Below are positions 1-12,200 of a stretch of DNA of 64,000 nucleotides, one piece after another. The first letter of the stretch is position 1, and each line of letters begins with the position of its first letter. Source of the stretch: Catajapyx aquilonaris (Eukaryota); the NCBI GenBank assembly GCA_000934665.2, contig KZ538049.1, positions 1 to 64,000 on the forward strand, in the 5' to 3' direction. The notes below the pieces were generated by a model. That model searched no databases. It worked only from the letters and a program-made list of their open reading frames with translations, and had not been told where the DNA came from. The position numbers and the translations under genes were made by a program.

Positions 1-220
1 GCCAACACCCTACTCTTATGCCTATCTGACCAAATCCACGCTTCACTACCATACATAAGTGAAGGAGCAATAATGTGAGAATAGACAGACAACCTACAGG
101 CAGAAGATAAGTCTTTATTTCTAGAAAACTTACTTGTGGCACTTACCACTTTGAACCCAGAACTAACTCTCCTGTCAACCTCCCCATCCATTCTACCATT
201 ACTCTTATTATCTCTCTCTT
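1..220 (-). mobile_element. RTE-clade LINE ORF fragment (region C-terminal to the RT domain), cut by the window edge
   Basis: Minus-strand translation ...DGEVDRRV...LSVYSHIIAPSLMYGSEAWIW... carries the LxYGSEAW motif typical of RTE-like elements. Confidence 0.7.
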
Positions 221-223
<3 letters not shown>

Positions 224-288
<65 letters not shown>

Positions 289-317
289 TCATCAATAACA
301 ACAACAACAACAACAAT
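224..317. repeat. (ATA)n/(ACA)n microsatellite, probably the 3' tail of the minus-strand LINE to its right
   Basis: Direct reading: about 20 ATA units followed by ACA units. Confidence 0.9.
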
Positions 318-1345
318 TTTAAGAATAATATATTTTGTCTTGGGGGTTAGCCCTTAAGACGGACCGAGCTTTCCCCGACATATAATGCAGAACGCAATAA
401 TACAATAGAACTCAAATACATTAACATCGTAATATACCATGGGGTGTTTAATACTGCTGGGGAGGCGGAGTGGTGCTGGGGAGGCGGAGTGCTGCTGCGG
501 TAATGCACGCGCCCACGGATGTTAAGGTCCCGGGTTCGATCCCAGCCCGGGGACACCCCCTTCATCTCGTGCAGAGTTCAGGGTCACCTCTGGCTTCATC
601 TGGGGTGGTATTTCCTAGAGACTAAACCACCCAGGGGAGTTCACTAAAATTGGCCACACCGTCAGATGCACTACACCTTGCACATCCCCTCCTGTCATCC
701 TGCCCGTGGGCCCGGGCGATATGCTAAATAGGTACCATGTACTATGTATACACCAACAGCTAATAATAAAGGTCCATGCAATAAACCCTGATGGGTGAAA
801 TCATTACCCGACCAATTATTATTATTAATACTGCTAATATGGTAACAGATTCAATATATGCCCGTATCGTTCCTAATCCTCATGCGTAAACAAAGTCCAT
901 TGGTGTTGCTATAATTATGATGTCAGCATTTTCTAACAATAGTTTTGCTTCATTAAAGAACACAGATAATTTGTAAATTTCCTGGGCCAGTATATCATCC
1001 AAAATCCATTACAATCTATCGGGTGGAACCGAAGGCCATTATACGAGTAATGTTCTCCTCGGGCCAGAAAAAAAAGGACAAGTGTATAACATGTGGTGTA
1101 TAGTAAGTTCCTCCTTGATATTGCATAATGAACAGTAGTTCTCTAAATCTAACTGTATTTTGTGTCCATTTATATAAAACCAGGCGGATTCATTCTGGAG
1201 GTTAGCCACTAGTCTGTTTTAATGTACCGGTAAATTGTAGGTTAGATAATTTTCTATAAATAGGGAATTATTTAGCAATACATAATTAGCATATCTTTGT
1301 GAATTGTTTAGATCTGTATAGTCCTGTTGAATTGTTGCATCTATA
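318..1345 (-). mobile_element. Decayed 5'-truncated LINE 3' end (C-terminal CCHC zinc knuckle plus 3' UTR), interrupted by a SINE
   Basis: Minus translation near 1070-1150 gives YCSLCNIKEELTIHHMLYTCPFF, the same CxxC..HxxxxC motif as the LINEs at 38.6-39.2 kb and 48.4-49.7 kb. Confidence 0.6.
459..825 (+). mobile_element. tRNA-derived SINE (family B) with a tandem duplication of its 5' ~20 bp
   Basis: B-box GGTTCGATCCC at ~534, (ATT)n tail, TTAATACTGCT duplicated on both flanks. Confidence 0.75.
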
Positions 1346-1347
1346 TT

Positions 1348-1860
1348 AGTGCTTCAACATCTATCTGGATTCCCGGACTGTCCGGTATCTGGATATCGGA
1401 GCCTGTTTCGGATCCCTCTTCCCAGATCCGCACTATCCAGATAGTGCCCGGCAAGTCCGGATAGTCCGGGTTTCGGATCCGGTCTGAGACACTTTGTACC
1501 CATCGGGATCCGAGGATCCAGATCGAACGTTTGTTGTGAGAAATGAGCATATTTTATTTGCATAATTAAAAACGCATTTATTGGAGGCAGGTAAAAACTC
1601 CAGTCAAATGGTCCATCCCAAAGGCCTAGTGTCCATGTGAAAACATGAGGTTAATTCGATTTCCGTGCAGAAAAGCTCTCTTTCCTTCTTATTAGGGCTT
1701 CTTTCTTTTCAAATAATACTTTTAAGTCGGGTTTCTACATAATTATACCGTACTTAGGCCTAAGTACGGTATATGTAGAAACCCGACAAAGTGTCTCGGA
1801 CCGGATCCGAAACTCGGACTATCCGGATAGTCCGAAACCCAGACTATCCTATTTCTAATG
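1348..1860. mobile_element. Non-autonomous DNA-transposon remnant rich in TCCGGA/ATCCG repeats
   Basis: ~1455-1497 is an inverted copy of ~1786-1830; many ATCCGG subrepeats. Confidence 0.5.
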
Positions 1861-2197
1861 GGTTCTTCCAATATGAAGCAAATGAACATAACACATTCTA
1901 AAGTTACATGAAACGATCTGAGATCACAGCATAAGGCAGTGTAAGTCAAGTCTGAATACTGTACAGTGGTGTGTTCTGATTCAGATGTCTGCTACCCCAT
2001 TTCCCCGAGCTCGTCTGAACTTCTGCGCAAGTATTTACCGGCGTGTAAATAAACGCTAGTCAGCAAGTCTAGAAGCTGGAGAGAGGGACATCGCATTTGA
2101 AGTGCCCATGATACCCCGCAACATGAATTTTTCATGACACTTCTCGGAGGCCAAAAATTTTCCCTGTGAACCCTGGATAGTGCAAATCTTTGTCTAT

Positions 2198-2932
2198 CTA
2201 ATAATACATTTGAAACTTAGAAATTGCCATTTGTGTCATCATAATTAAGTTAATTGCACACCTCCGTTATCTCGGCCGTTTATAATCCGAATTACTTCGC
2301 GAATGTATCGACGGCAAGCCAGAAATGTGCGTGATAAAATTACATCGTGCTATATAACCGAAGCAGGTTGGCATAGTGGATAAGGCGTCCGACTGCTAAT
2401 CGGGAGGTCCTGGGTTCGAATCCCGGGGCCGGCAACTCTGACCATGGTTTTCTGTGGTTTCCCACGGTCCTTCTAGGAAAATTCCGGAGTTGTTTCCGTA
2501 ATTAATAGGCCACAGCCGCTTCCTTCTGTCCCTATCCTATCCCAAAGAGCACAGTAAAATGAAAGCAAAGAGTTCCAGGCAAAACAAACTTCCCCCCTAA
2601 AGAGCCGATGGCTGATAACGGGGTATGAATTATTATTATTATTATTATCATGCTCTATTACACTACAATTTTTAAAAGTATTGTTTTAGTAAGTTTAATA
2701 GACAAGTACTCAGCGCGCTTTCTGGCGGGAATAGACGGCGATACTTTTAAATAAGTTTAAAAATTTTAGTGTACTAGAGCAAGTTGTAATTTCATCACGC
2801 ACATTTCTGGCTTGCCGTCAGTACATTTGCGAAGTAATTCGGATTATAAACAGCCAAAATAACAGAGGTGTGCAATTAACTTAATTATGATTACGCAAAT
2901 GATGATTTCTGAGTTTCAAATGTATCATTAGA
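2198..2932. mobile_element. Foldback (palindromic) MITE with ~155-bp arms and a SINE inserted in it
   Basis: 2198-2355 is the reverse complement of ~2775-2932. Confidence 0.8.
2356..2646 (+). mobile_element. tRNA-derived SINE, family A copy 1
   Basis: A box TGGCATAGTGG, B box GGTTCGAATCCC, (TTA)n tail, imperfect 12-bp TSD ATCGTGCTATAT/ATCATGCTCTAT; homologous to 11695-12042 and 46319-46549. Confidence 0.85.
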
Positions 2933-3638
2933 AGGGTTTACTTTTGCCTCGAAAAATGAACGTTTCTCTGAACTGGGATTAAACTGCATCTGAAACGGGT
3001 TTACATTTGAACCACTGTTCGAGAAATCGGGCATAAGGAGATAATTCACTCGAGATAATGTAATGTAATGCCTTATTTCATATAAATGCTTCTGCTTAGG
3101 AACAAGTTCTGTTCTGGTGTAATGCTTCCTAACCTGACACTCAAACTGGATAAATTGAGGACAGATGTTTGAGAAGGTGGATGTGGGCTTCTCTGGGGAG
3201 GCTATACTGTATCGCTCAAAAACTTGGAGATGGTCTTAGAACTTACTCGAACTGCACTCTTTATAGGGTATAGCCACATTAATTTGATAGTGGAAGTCTA
3301 CCATACGATATGACATACTGTACATGTAGTAGAGGTCATCGGTGGGCTTGAGGAGTGAGTGGGTGGGTGGGTGGGTGGGTGGGGCTGAGGGGTGGGGAGT
3401 GGTTGGTCGGGTTCACGGTCGGGTTTCTGGGTTTGGGAGGTAATTCGGGAAGAAGAAAAAAAGTGTATGTGAGGGAGGTAGGGAAGTGGCAGAGTACTTG
3501 GATGACAGGTGCTTAGTTAAAATGCATACTTCTCGCATCAGTTGACTGCAGGTGGGAGGGAAGGAGGGATGAGCAGGGGGACACATTTGCACCTTATCTG
3601 CTGATGGCTGATAGCGTGTTCTAGACTGAATATGGGAG

Positions 3639-5251
3639 TTAAAGGCGTGCAGTATGGAACAATGGTTCACAGTATTTTGTCCAGCCACCTCTGCGCTGAA
3701 TGACGGAAGCCAGTCGGCGAAGCATACTGGACACGAGACTTGCCCTAAGGTCGTCTTCATGTTGGAGGTTTCTCCAATATCCCTGGAGGGCCTCCCAAAG
3801 AAAGACATTCTTTTTGGCAAACCTTCTCCCTGCCAGTTCTTCTTTGGTGAGGGCCCATAGATGTTCAATCAGGTTACGGTCCACCCCATTGGGCAGCCAC
3901 TCCAGGAATATCATGGATGGGCTTCTTTCCAGCTAATATGAAGTAATCACGTGGAAATAAAAAATTGAAGAAAAAAAAATTACCTGTTATTTTATTAAAC
4001 CTACCCATAGCTTGATGACCCATTCTGTGTGAATAGGGGTCAGGTCTTGCACTGCATAAAAGCAGCCATCTGGGTTATCCTGGAGTAGATTCGGCTGAAC
4101 TTCTTCCTCCAAAAGCTGAATGTAGTTATTGGCATTCATCCTTCCGGAAATCGGTATGATTGGTCCCAACAACTTCACCGACATCCATGACAGGATGCCG
4201 AAATAATAGCGGTCGCTCCTTTGGACAATCTGCAGATTTCGCGAGTCATACCTTTCTCCAGGCACTCTCCGAACTTTTATCTTGCCCCTCCAACCAATTC
4301 CCATGGAGGACTCATCCATGAATGCGACATTACTCCAGTCATCTGCAGTCCAATTTCTCTAGCACTCTAATAAGGAAGTAACAATAATTACTTTACAATA
4401 TTGCGCCGTGTGACAATCCACACATGCACAAATAAACTCAGCAGGCTGAACGTAATTGGCACCAACTGTTACTGATATTATAATCTCAAAATTGATACCA
4501 GTCAGTAATTCTTTGCAATGAAGAGTAGGCCTGTAATGTTATTTAATGACTGACTTACCACAAAAGGCAAGCCTAGCTCGGCGATTCGCCATGGTCAAGA
4601 GTGGCTTCTGCACTGCAGTGCGGCACGGAAGGCAGGTCTCGGCCAAGCGACTTTTAATGGTTGATACAGACACACATCCATCAGCTCCAAGTCTCTCCGT
4701 ATCTGGGGAGCCATTGGCCGTGGGAGCTCCCCCAGCTGACTAAGCTCGGCTATCTGTTGGTCTTCCATTGAAGTAGTCAGCTGTGGCTGACCACATCTGA
4801 AATTTGCAACATTTGACATGATCATTTATGATGCATCACAACACCATATCTACAGTAGTCTATCTTAACAAAATTTAGGAATATCCAGAATTGTCATTGA
4901 AAACTAACATATACGGTAAGTAATTGAGACCACGAATGTAGTTTAGGACTTCCCTCAGATTATAACTCACCTTCTTTGTAGCGAGGAGTTACAGCATTCC
5001 TCATACCCTCATCCTTGTCACCGTCTTCTTGAAGGGAATCCTGGTATCTTTTACATATTTTTCCCACTGCTGCTTTGCTGACCATGAGATGCTTCGATAT
5101 TGCCTGATATGAAAGATCATCATTTTGCCTGAGGCCTGCAAAATGTAATTCAGTTTAAAAGTAATTCACATGCATAAGAATAGGAGCAATAGAGATAGCT
5201 GCTATACTTACCTATCACCCTTCTTCTCAGATCAACACTGATTTGTTTCAT
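3639..5251 (-). pseudogene. Intron-containing Tc1-family (DD35E spacing) transposase pseudogene; exons 5251-5212, 5135-4971, 4796-4559, 4366-4005, 3932-~3670
   Basis: Joined GT-AG exons give MKQISVDLRRRVIGLRQ..SYQAISKHL..AVGKICKRY (paired-like HTH), VSVSTIKSRL..QKPLLT..RRARLAFC, WSNVAFMDES, VQDLTPIH, DRNLIEHLW, GGWTKY; two frameshifts and one stop. Confidence 0.85.
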
Positions 5252-5808
5252 CTAGGAAACTGAACCTATTCTGAACCATGAACCTTGCTTATATACTATA
5301 GGAACTCTTCAATTAGACAGGAATGAAGGCTTAACCCTTAACTAGTAACGTGGGGTCATTTTTGACCCCAAGCTTGCGGAAATTAGCACTGTCAAATAAC
5401 TGGTTAATCAAGAGCCAAAAGCTTCTGTGTATTCCTCGATCACATCTTTGTTTATGTGTTAACAGAGCTGCCAACCCTACCCCCCAAAAATGAGGGGGAG
5501 GTAATGACATAATGAGGGGGATTGGCCATCTGAGAGGGGGATTTTCATATAAAGTCAAAATCAAATTATAGGAATGTTTCAGGCACATTTACTTACCAGC
5601 ATGTACTTTGTTATAGGTTACAGTTAGCTTTTTTGGCTGTAAGAAGAACTTAGGGGGTTTTAATGTGGCTGCATTTAAGTTTTCCATTTTGACAGTCATA
5701 ATAGATGATAGTGTTCCAGTTAATGATAGGCTACCTCGAAATTCGGTCTTGTTTTTTCTAATCATACTGAACACACGTTCCTCAGAAGCATTAGAGTGAG
5801 GTCAGCTC

Positions 5809-5988
5809 CATGGGTGTAGCCAGGGTTTAGGTTAGGGGGGAGCAGGACGCAAATTGTGTCTGGGGAGGGGGCGCAGGACCCGCCGCAGGCGGAAATTTTT
5901 CGGTTCAAGGTCACAACCCTTCCTCGCGACGTCAAATGGGGCAAAACGGGAGCGATTTGGGGGGCTGCCCCCCCTGGCTACGCCCATG
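5809..5988. mobile_element. Small hAT-type MITE
   Basis: TIR CATGGG(T/C)GTAGCCAGG; 8-bp TSD GTCAGCTC/GTCAGCCC. Confidence 0.8.
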
Positions 5989-5989
5989 G

Positions 5990-6285
5990 TCAGCCCTATG
6001 ACTCTCCACGAATAAGGTAGAGTAATAAATTCTGTGTCCCATGGTTCGCTAAGACGCCATCTTGTTCAAGGTGCAACTCCTGTGGTAGGTAGCGGGTAGT
6101 CTGTCGCGATTGGCTGGATCCTTCTTCCGCAGACTTACCACTTGAGTACACCTTGAAAAAGATGGCGGATAGCGAACGATGTAGCGCAGCCAGCGCCAAA
6201 TTCCCAGCCTGGTGGAGACACAGAAATTAAACTATCGTATCCATACAACTAGGGGGGAAGTGACACGGGGCTGAGTGAGGTAGTA
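5990..6285 (+). repeat. Dispersed repeat, second copy at ~37065-37357
   Basis: Shared CGCTAAGACGCCATCTTGT...CAACTAGGGGGG sequence visible in both copies. Confidence 0.75.
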
Positions 6286-8015
6286 GTACTAAATATAATA
6301 ATTTAACGATAATCTCTACGGCGGGGGAAATAACCCTGCTTGCGGGGGGGCGGGGGAGAACACGTAAATGCGGGAGTCCCCCGCCCAATGCGGGAGGGTT
6401 GGCAGCTCTGGTGTTAATAACCTTTAAATTTTTCAAAAAAAATTAATAGCGGTCCAAAAACGGCTATAACGAAGGTGATATGCGGCTGGGGTCAAAAATG
6501 ACCCCACGCTACTAGTTACGTTTGGATTCCTCATTCCTCTTGGATTCATGCTTGCCAGTGAGAAGGTTCTATTTTTTTTTGCTTCAAACGGTCAATGCAG
6601 TTACCTCTATCAATGAAATTTGTAGTCATCAACCTTAGATACTTTACAATACAGGTGGCACGCCATGTACTAATGGCAAACCTGTCATAGACGATGCAAT
6701 AATAAAGTTTTTTGCCCGAGATATTAATAATACAACTATTTATGTAGAGGAAATATATTCATCTTTTTACACACCTAATATATAAAAAAATTTGTAAATA
6801 GTTTCAGATATGGGTTTGGCCTGCGCTCTCTATACTTATACACTGTCATATAGCCGTTATTTTGAAAGTATTACTTGTATGGCATTTAATGTAGAGGACA
6901 TATCATCATCATTTGGGACTTTATATAGAGAAAGCGTATTTATGAATTGTTAGCGTTGGCGGCTGCTACTGAGGTATCTATAATTATACGCGGTTGACGA
7001 CTATTTGCATAGCTATCACACTTAGTAACGTGACCTATAAGTTTCTTTTATTACCTACGCATCGTCCATAATGTAAACTTAATTAACATGGCTTTAAAAT
7101 TTTCATTTTATGAATTCGAGATCAAATATAATTCAATTACCACGTGGGGTCAAAAATGACCCCACGTTACTAGTTGCGTTGCTCGAGTTCACGTTACTAG
7201 TTAAGGATTAAAATGCACCACATTTCCTGAAGTTTCCCAAATATAGTTGGAAAAATAATACATGGGTTGGTAAACACAAGGCAGAGTATCCATGGGTCGG
7301 AGGTCAAAGCAAGTGTAAGTGGTATGAAATGAAACCCTAAAGGACATGGCACCATCCTTATGGGAAATGGCTTTCGGCTAAATTCTCCCAATTTTTAATA
7401 TGTTGTAGAAAATAAGGTGGTAAACAATTCTTAACATTGCGCCAAGACGTGAAAATCATCAGGTCACCCGCTACATCGGGTCAAAGGGCAGTCTACCGTT
7501 CATTCATAAGGTCCATCAAATGTGGTACCAATGGAATGGGCTTGATTAGCTGGTTCTAAAAAACTCCACATGTTAACCCCCGTGACCTATAGGTCACAAG
7601 CTACATCGGGTCAAAGATACAAAATATCGTTCCCTCAATATATTGGGATAAAAATCACATTTTACCTCATTTTTCTTAATATATAATGTGGTACTGTACA
7701 GTACCGGACAAAATAGCATATCATAAATGTAAACAACGGCTTTGGCATTACCTGGCAACCGGGGGTGTTCTGACATCGGCATATGGAGAGTGCTTAGCGT
7801 TCTTTCTATTGTTGCCACTGTTTACAGGTAGCGATTGATGCTGGGCGACCTAGCGACGGGTCTGCATGCTTACTAATTTTGCAGTAACATAAATAAGCAA
7901 ATTTTAGCAGTAATTGGGATTACTTTTCATAAAAGAAACCATGATGGTTTATTTTTTTAAACCACTTGATTTAAACCATTGTTTAAACCAATGCGGTTTA
8001 AACCAGCCAACAATG

Positions 8016-8532
8016 CACAAGGACCTCAAAAATCGTAGTTTTATAGAACCTAAAAATGCCTATTTTGGGCGTTGGAACCTAAATGGCCTATTAGTGCCTA
8101 TTTTCACCTATTTCCACCTTTTGACGCCGTTCTGTATTATTTTCGAGTGTTCTATGGGTTTTCCGTTCAAGGCATCCCTCCCACTTCAACCTGCAAAGGG
8201 CTATGAAGCTCTAGGCATGCTGGATTAACTGGCTGTAGAAGACATTCCACTTTTCAAGTATGATCCAGTTGCTTCATGTGACATCGAAACCCCCCTGGTC
8301 ATTTTTTTAAAGATGTATTGTCAGACAGACATCGCTGACTAACCAATGAAAATATGGGAAAACTGCTAGTTTGTTACTTTCTGCAAAATTCCATGGTCAA
8401 AAGTAGGCTGTGGAATTAAAATAAAGGACCTCATTGATTTTAAGTACCTATTAAGAGCCTATTTTGACTATTTTCAGGACCTAAATGCCTACCTATTTGA
8501 GGGTTTTTTAGAACCTAAAAATCCGTTCCTTA
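8016..8532 (+). mobile_element. Decayed DNA-transposon remnant with a hAT-like C-terminal dimerisation motif
   Basis: ~8255-8380 translates to KYDPVASCDIE..FKDVLSDRHR*LTNENMGKLL; repeated AGAACCTAAAAAT motifs. Confidence 0.4.
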
Positions 8533-8605
8533 CAAATTACATGGTCAGGCTAAAGGTGAAAAAAGTGACAAGTAATCTACTATACCATGGTCCTCCAATT
8601 CTTGC

Positions 8606-8758
8606 CTATTGTGCAGAAAACGAAAGGACGATCTTACGACATCGTCACACAACAATATGAGTATAACAGTGTCAACAAAAAGAACATTGTTTAAGCCTAT
8701 TGTTGCATGAGAAGAAAATGACGGTGTCAGATCGTCGTTTCGTTTTCCGCACTATACA
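8606..8758. mobile_element. Short hairpin MITE
   Basis: TTGTGCAGAAAACGAAAGGACGATCT...AGATCGTCGTTTCGTTTTCCGCACTA inverted arms. Confidence 0.55.
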
Positions 8759-9286
8759 AGATTTACTCTCCAGTTCTTCAAAAGGATTTGGCTCGACATC
8801 ACAAGATATCATTCCTCTTGCCAGAAAATATAACTTTCTTACACTATGATCTGAAGGATGAAGCAACTCAATTCTTCTTGGAAATACTTTATTTGCACAG
8901 GATTTATAAATCTGAAACTATTGTTATACAATCAAAAAAAACTTGTTACTGCTTCATCAAAAATGCATTTAATATGGCAGTCAGTCTTGTGAGTATTGTT
9001 CACAACTGCAGCTGGAGACTCCAATTTTGTGTATAATTAAATAATTCCACTTAAATACTCTCAGTAATATAGCTCATAATAAAACAGTCACTACAGTCTT
9101 CAACAGTCTGTGGTTATGGATATTAACTGCTGCCAAGTGCAGAAGTGACATCACTCCTACCGTTTCATTTATTGCGTAATGATAATGCCTTACTATAGAA
9201 CATTTGTCAGATGTCCCACCTGACATGGCGCCTATATGAGTAACTGAATAGGACATAATCTGCACTGGGTCCACTTTTCTGCACAT

Positions 9287-12200
9287 TTAATTGCATTCCT
9301 TCACCATATACTCTTTCATACGCTTTGAATACATGGGTAGTAACCGCACATGAGTATCTATACAATTCACAGCACACTTTTCATACTGGTTACGGCATTC
9401 ATCAACCTGAAAATGGATCAATAAGTTTAGAATGTACCAAGGACGAGAGGGCTGGATGTTTACCTGCTTTTCTGTGGAAGTGGGAGTTATCTTGTCCTTA
9501 GCTGTATCTTGGCATTGCATAATGCATCGGTTTAAACGATCCTTAAAGAGGAATAAATTTAGCCACATGTGTAAACATTATGCCTGGCCAAACTGTAAAC
9601 ATTTGAACAGATCAACTTGCCTGGAAATCATGGAGTTCCTTCCTGATGTATTCATGGGCCTTGTCAAGTGGACGTTCACATGCAGACATGCAAGCTTGGA
9701 CTTGATCAGCAGATTTTACCCTGTCCTCGCAGCATTTTGCAGCACACAAGTGCATAGAAGCCTGCCAAAATAAATGCAAGGCATTTAACCCTGGAACCGT
9801 GCCGTGGGGTCTTTTTGGACCCCAAGGAAAAAAATGCATTAAAATGATAATTACAATGAACTTTTGCCATTTTTTTACAGTATATAACAGGAAGTGCAGG
9901 TTTATTTTGAATTAGTGAACATTTTAGGCATTGTTCAAAGAATGATTGTATATAGTCAATATATTGAAAAGTATTATATAATAATTAATAAAAATTAAAA
10001 TATGGTGGGGTCCGAAAAGACCCCACGGCACGGTTGCCGTAATACACGTAGGCACGGCACGGTTCCAGGGTTAAATTCAGAAGTACTATGCCATATATTC
10101 CGGATTTGCACACATCTGCTACTGTATACAGTGAAATTGGATAATACTTCATTCAAAGTTATTCATGTACACCAGCCATTAATACTGTATATAACTACAG
10201 ACTGTTCAACCAAAGGGTGATATGTCATGGTCAACCCAGTCTACGTCTGAGGAGTTTTTGTATATATATACGAGGGTGAATCATGAATTCTGAGCCTGAT
10301 ATAGATGTAATTGATCTACAATGACATGCTTCTACCAACTTGTAGTGGCACTCATTGGAACCTATATCACCAAGTTTCATTCTGATTGAATCATTCCACC
10401 AGGAGTACTTGAACCTTGTATGTGTGAAAGTGTGGGGCTGTCCTGATAATGGACAAACGCGAGGCACCTGCAGTGATAAGACACCTCCACAAGAATGGGT
10501 TATGCCCCAAGGACATCCACGAAGAGATGTTACAAGTAGGAGATGACGATGCTCCGTCATATGCTCAAAAGGTGGGCACGAGAATTCACGATGGGTCAGG
10601 AGAGTTTGCCAGATGACCCCCGCCCAGGCGGTCCGTCAACTTCGGTCACCGAGGAAAACGTGGACAGAATCCATGACATGGTGATGGCTGACAGGCGAAT
10701 CACCATCCAGCAGATACCCACGGCGGTGGGCATCTCTTTTGGCAGTGTCCAGTCAATCCTGACGAAACCCTTGGAAATGCACAAGCTTTCAGCGTGTTGG
10801 GTACCTCGCCGCTTGACACCAGATCAGAAGAGGACTCGTGTGATCACATCTGAAGAGTCATTGGAGGTGTATCGACGGGACACTGCCGCTTTCTTGGGTC
10901 GCTATGTGACTCAAGACGAAACATGGCTTCATCATTATTGCCCAGAAACCAAAATGCAGAGTAAGGAGTGGTGGCATCATGGATCTCCACCCCCACGAAT
11001 GTTTCATGTCGTTCCGTCGGTGGGGAAGGAGATGGCATCGATTTTTTTGGGACTGTGAAGGGGTTCTGTTGGTGGACATTCTGCAACATGGGAGCACTAT
11101 CACAGGAGACTACTACGCCAACCTTTTCCACCAGCTGCACGAGACCATCAAGGAGAAGAGGCCCGGAAAACTGACCCAAGGGGTGCTGCTCCACCAAGAC
11201 AAAGCTGGGCAATTCCACGTGTTATGTACAGACCATCGGAAGCTGTATTGAGGTGTTTAGGAGTCCACCGCGGCTAGGTACTTGCCGTAATAGATTAACT
11301 GTTATGAAAATCAGATGCAGCGCAGAAATGTGAAGGTGAGGGACATCATGGAAATTTCATTCGATGGCCATCCACGCGTGTGCGATTGTCTGAAATCTCG
11401 GTACGTACAATCCATCATTGGACACCAGTTTCTGGGGTATATGCAACTAGGGGGAAACTCTGCGAAATCTGACAGCACAGGTTTCGAAGCTCAAGTGCAT
11501 GTGGGGCAGTAGGGTGCGAGGAACCTCATTATGCCATTAGATTGGGAGAATTCTCATTTTGAACGTGAAAACATTTGAGATATCCACCCGTTACGTACCA
11601 CCCGGCATCGTTACGTACAACCTACAGCGATTTACTGGGAGTAGCATATATTTTTGGAGATTGGAATGTCAGTGAATTCATAATCTTATTATGGACTGAA
11701 GCAGTGGTAGCAGAGGGAATATGGTATCCGACTGCTAATCGGGAGGTCCTGGGTTCGAATCCCAGTGGCCGCCGACCCTGACCGTGGTTTTCTGTGGTTT
11801 CCCAAGGTCTCACCAGGAAAATTCCGGGGTCGTGTCCGTAATTATAGGCCACAGCCGCTTCCTTCCGTCCCTATCCCATCCCCATATACGAGAAGTAAAA
11901 ACGAAAGCAAGAGTTCCAGATCTAAAAATATGGTGGTATCCCACCCCCCTAAGAGGGCCCATGGCTCTAGCACGGGGTACAAATTATTATTATTATTATT
12001 ATTATTACTATTATTTTTTTTTTTATTTATTTATTTATTATTATCTTATTATGGCTCCCCTGCACTGAAATAGGAACTAGGTCAGTTTTTGCCCTTTGGA
12101 TACCTTTTGGTGTGGCTGTGGAAGGTCGCACATTCATGCACACAACAAAGTGATTGCACAGATCGATGTTGCATTTTGTGCCCTTGAATTATATGACAAC

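Larger units (their letters stand above)
5463..6410. mobile_element. hAT- or P-like non-autonomous element nested in the piggyBac-like element
   Basis: TIR CAGAGCTGCCAACCCT; GTGTTAA duplicated at 5456-5462 and 6411-6417. Confidence 0.7.
5335..7207. mobile_element. Non-autonomous piggyBac-like element containing nested insertions
   Basis: TTAA at 5331-5334 and 7208-7211, TIR CCCTTAACTAGTAACGTG, subterminal GGGGTC-n-GACCCC palindromes (extra copy near 6488). Confidence 0.85.

Noticed and set aside
136..357. Poly-Ile ORF (also poly-Tyr/Leu ORFs at 11765-12073 and 49642-49848)
   Set aside because: Translations of trinucleotide retroelement tails
783..812. Hammerhead-like CTGATG..GAAA in a SINE tail
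   Set aside because: Core is CTGATGG rather than CUGANGA, and stems I-III cannot be assigned
2360..2430. Possible tRNA gene (also 11697, 44680, 46480, 53490)
   Set aside because: No closed acceptor stem; followed by a shared body, simple-repeat tail and TSD, so these are SINE heads
3350..3440. (GGGT)n G-rich tract, potential G-quadruplex
   Set aside because: A simple repeat next to a dead transposase; no evidence of function
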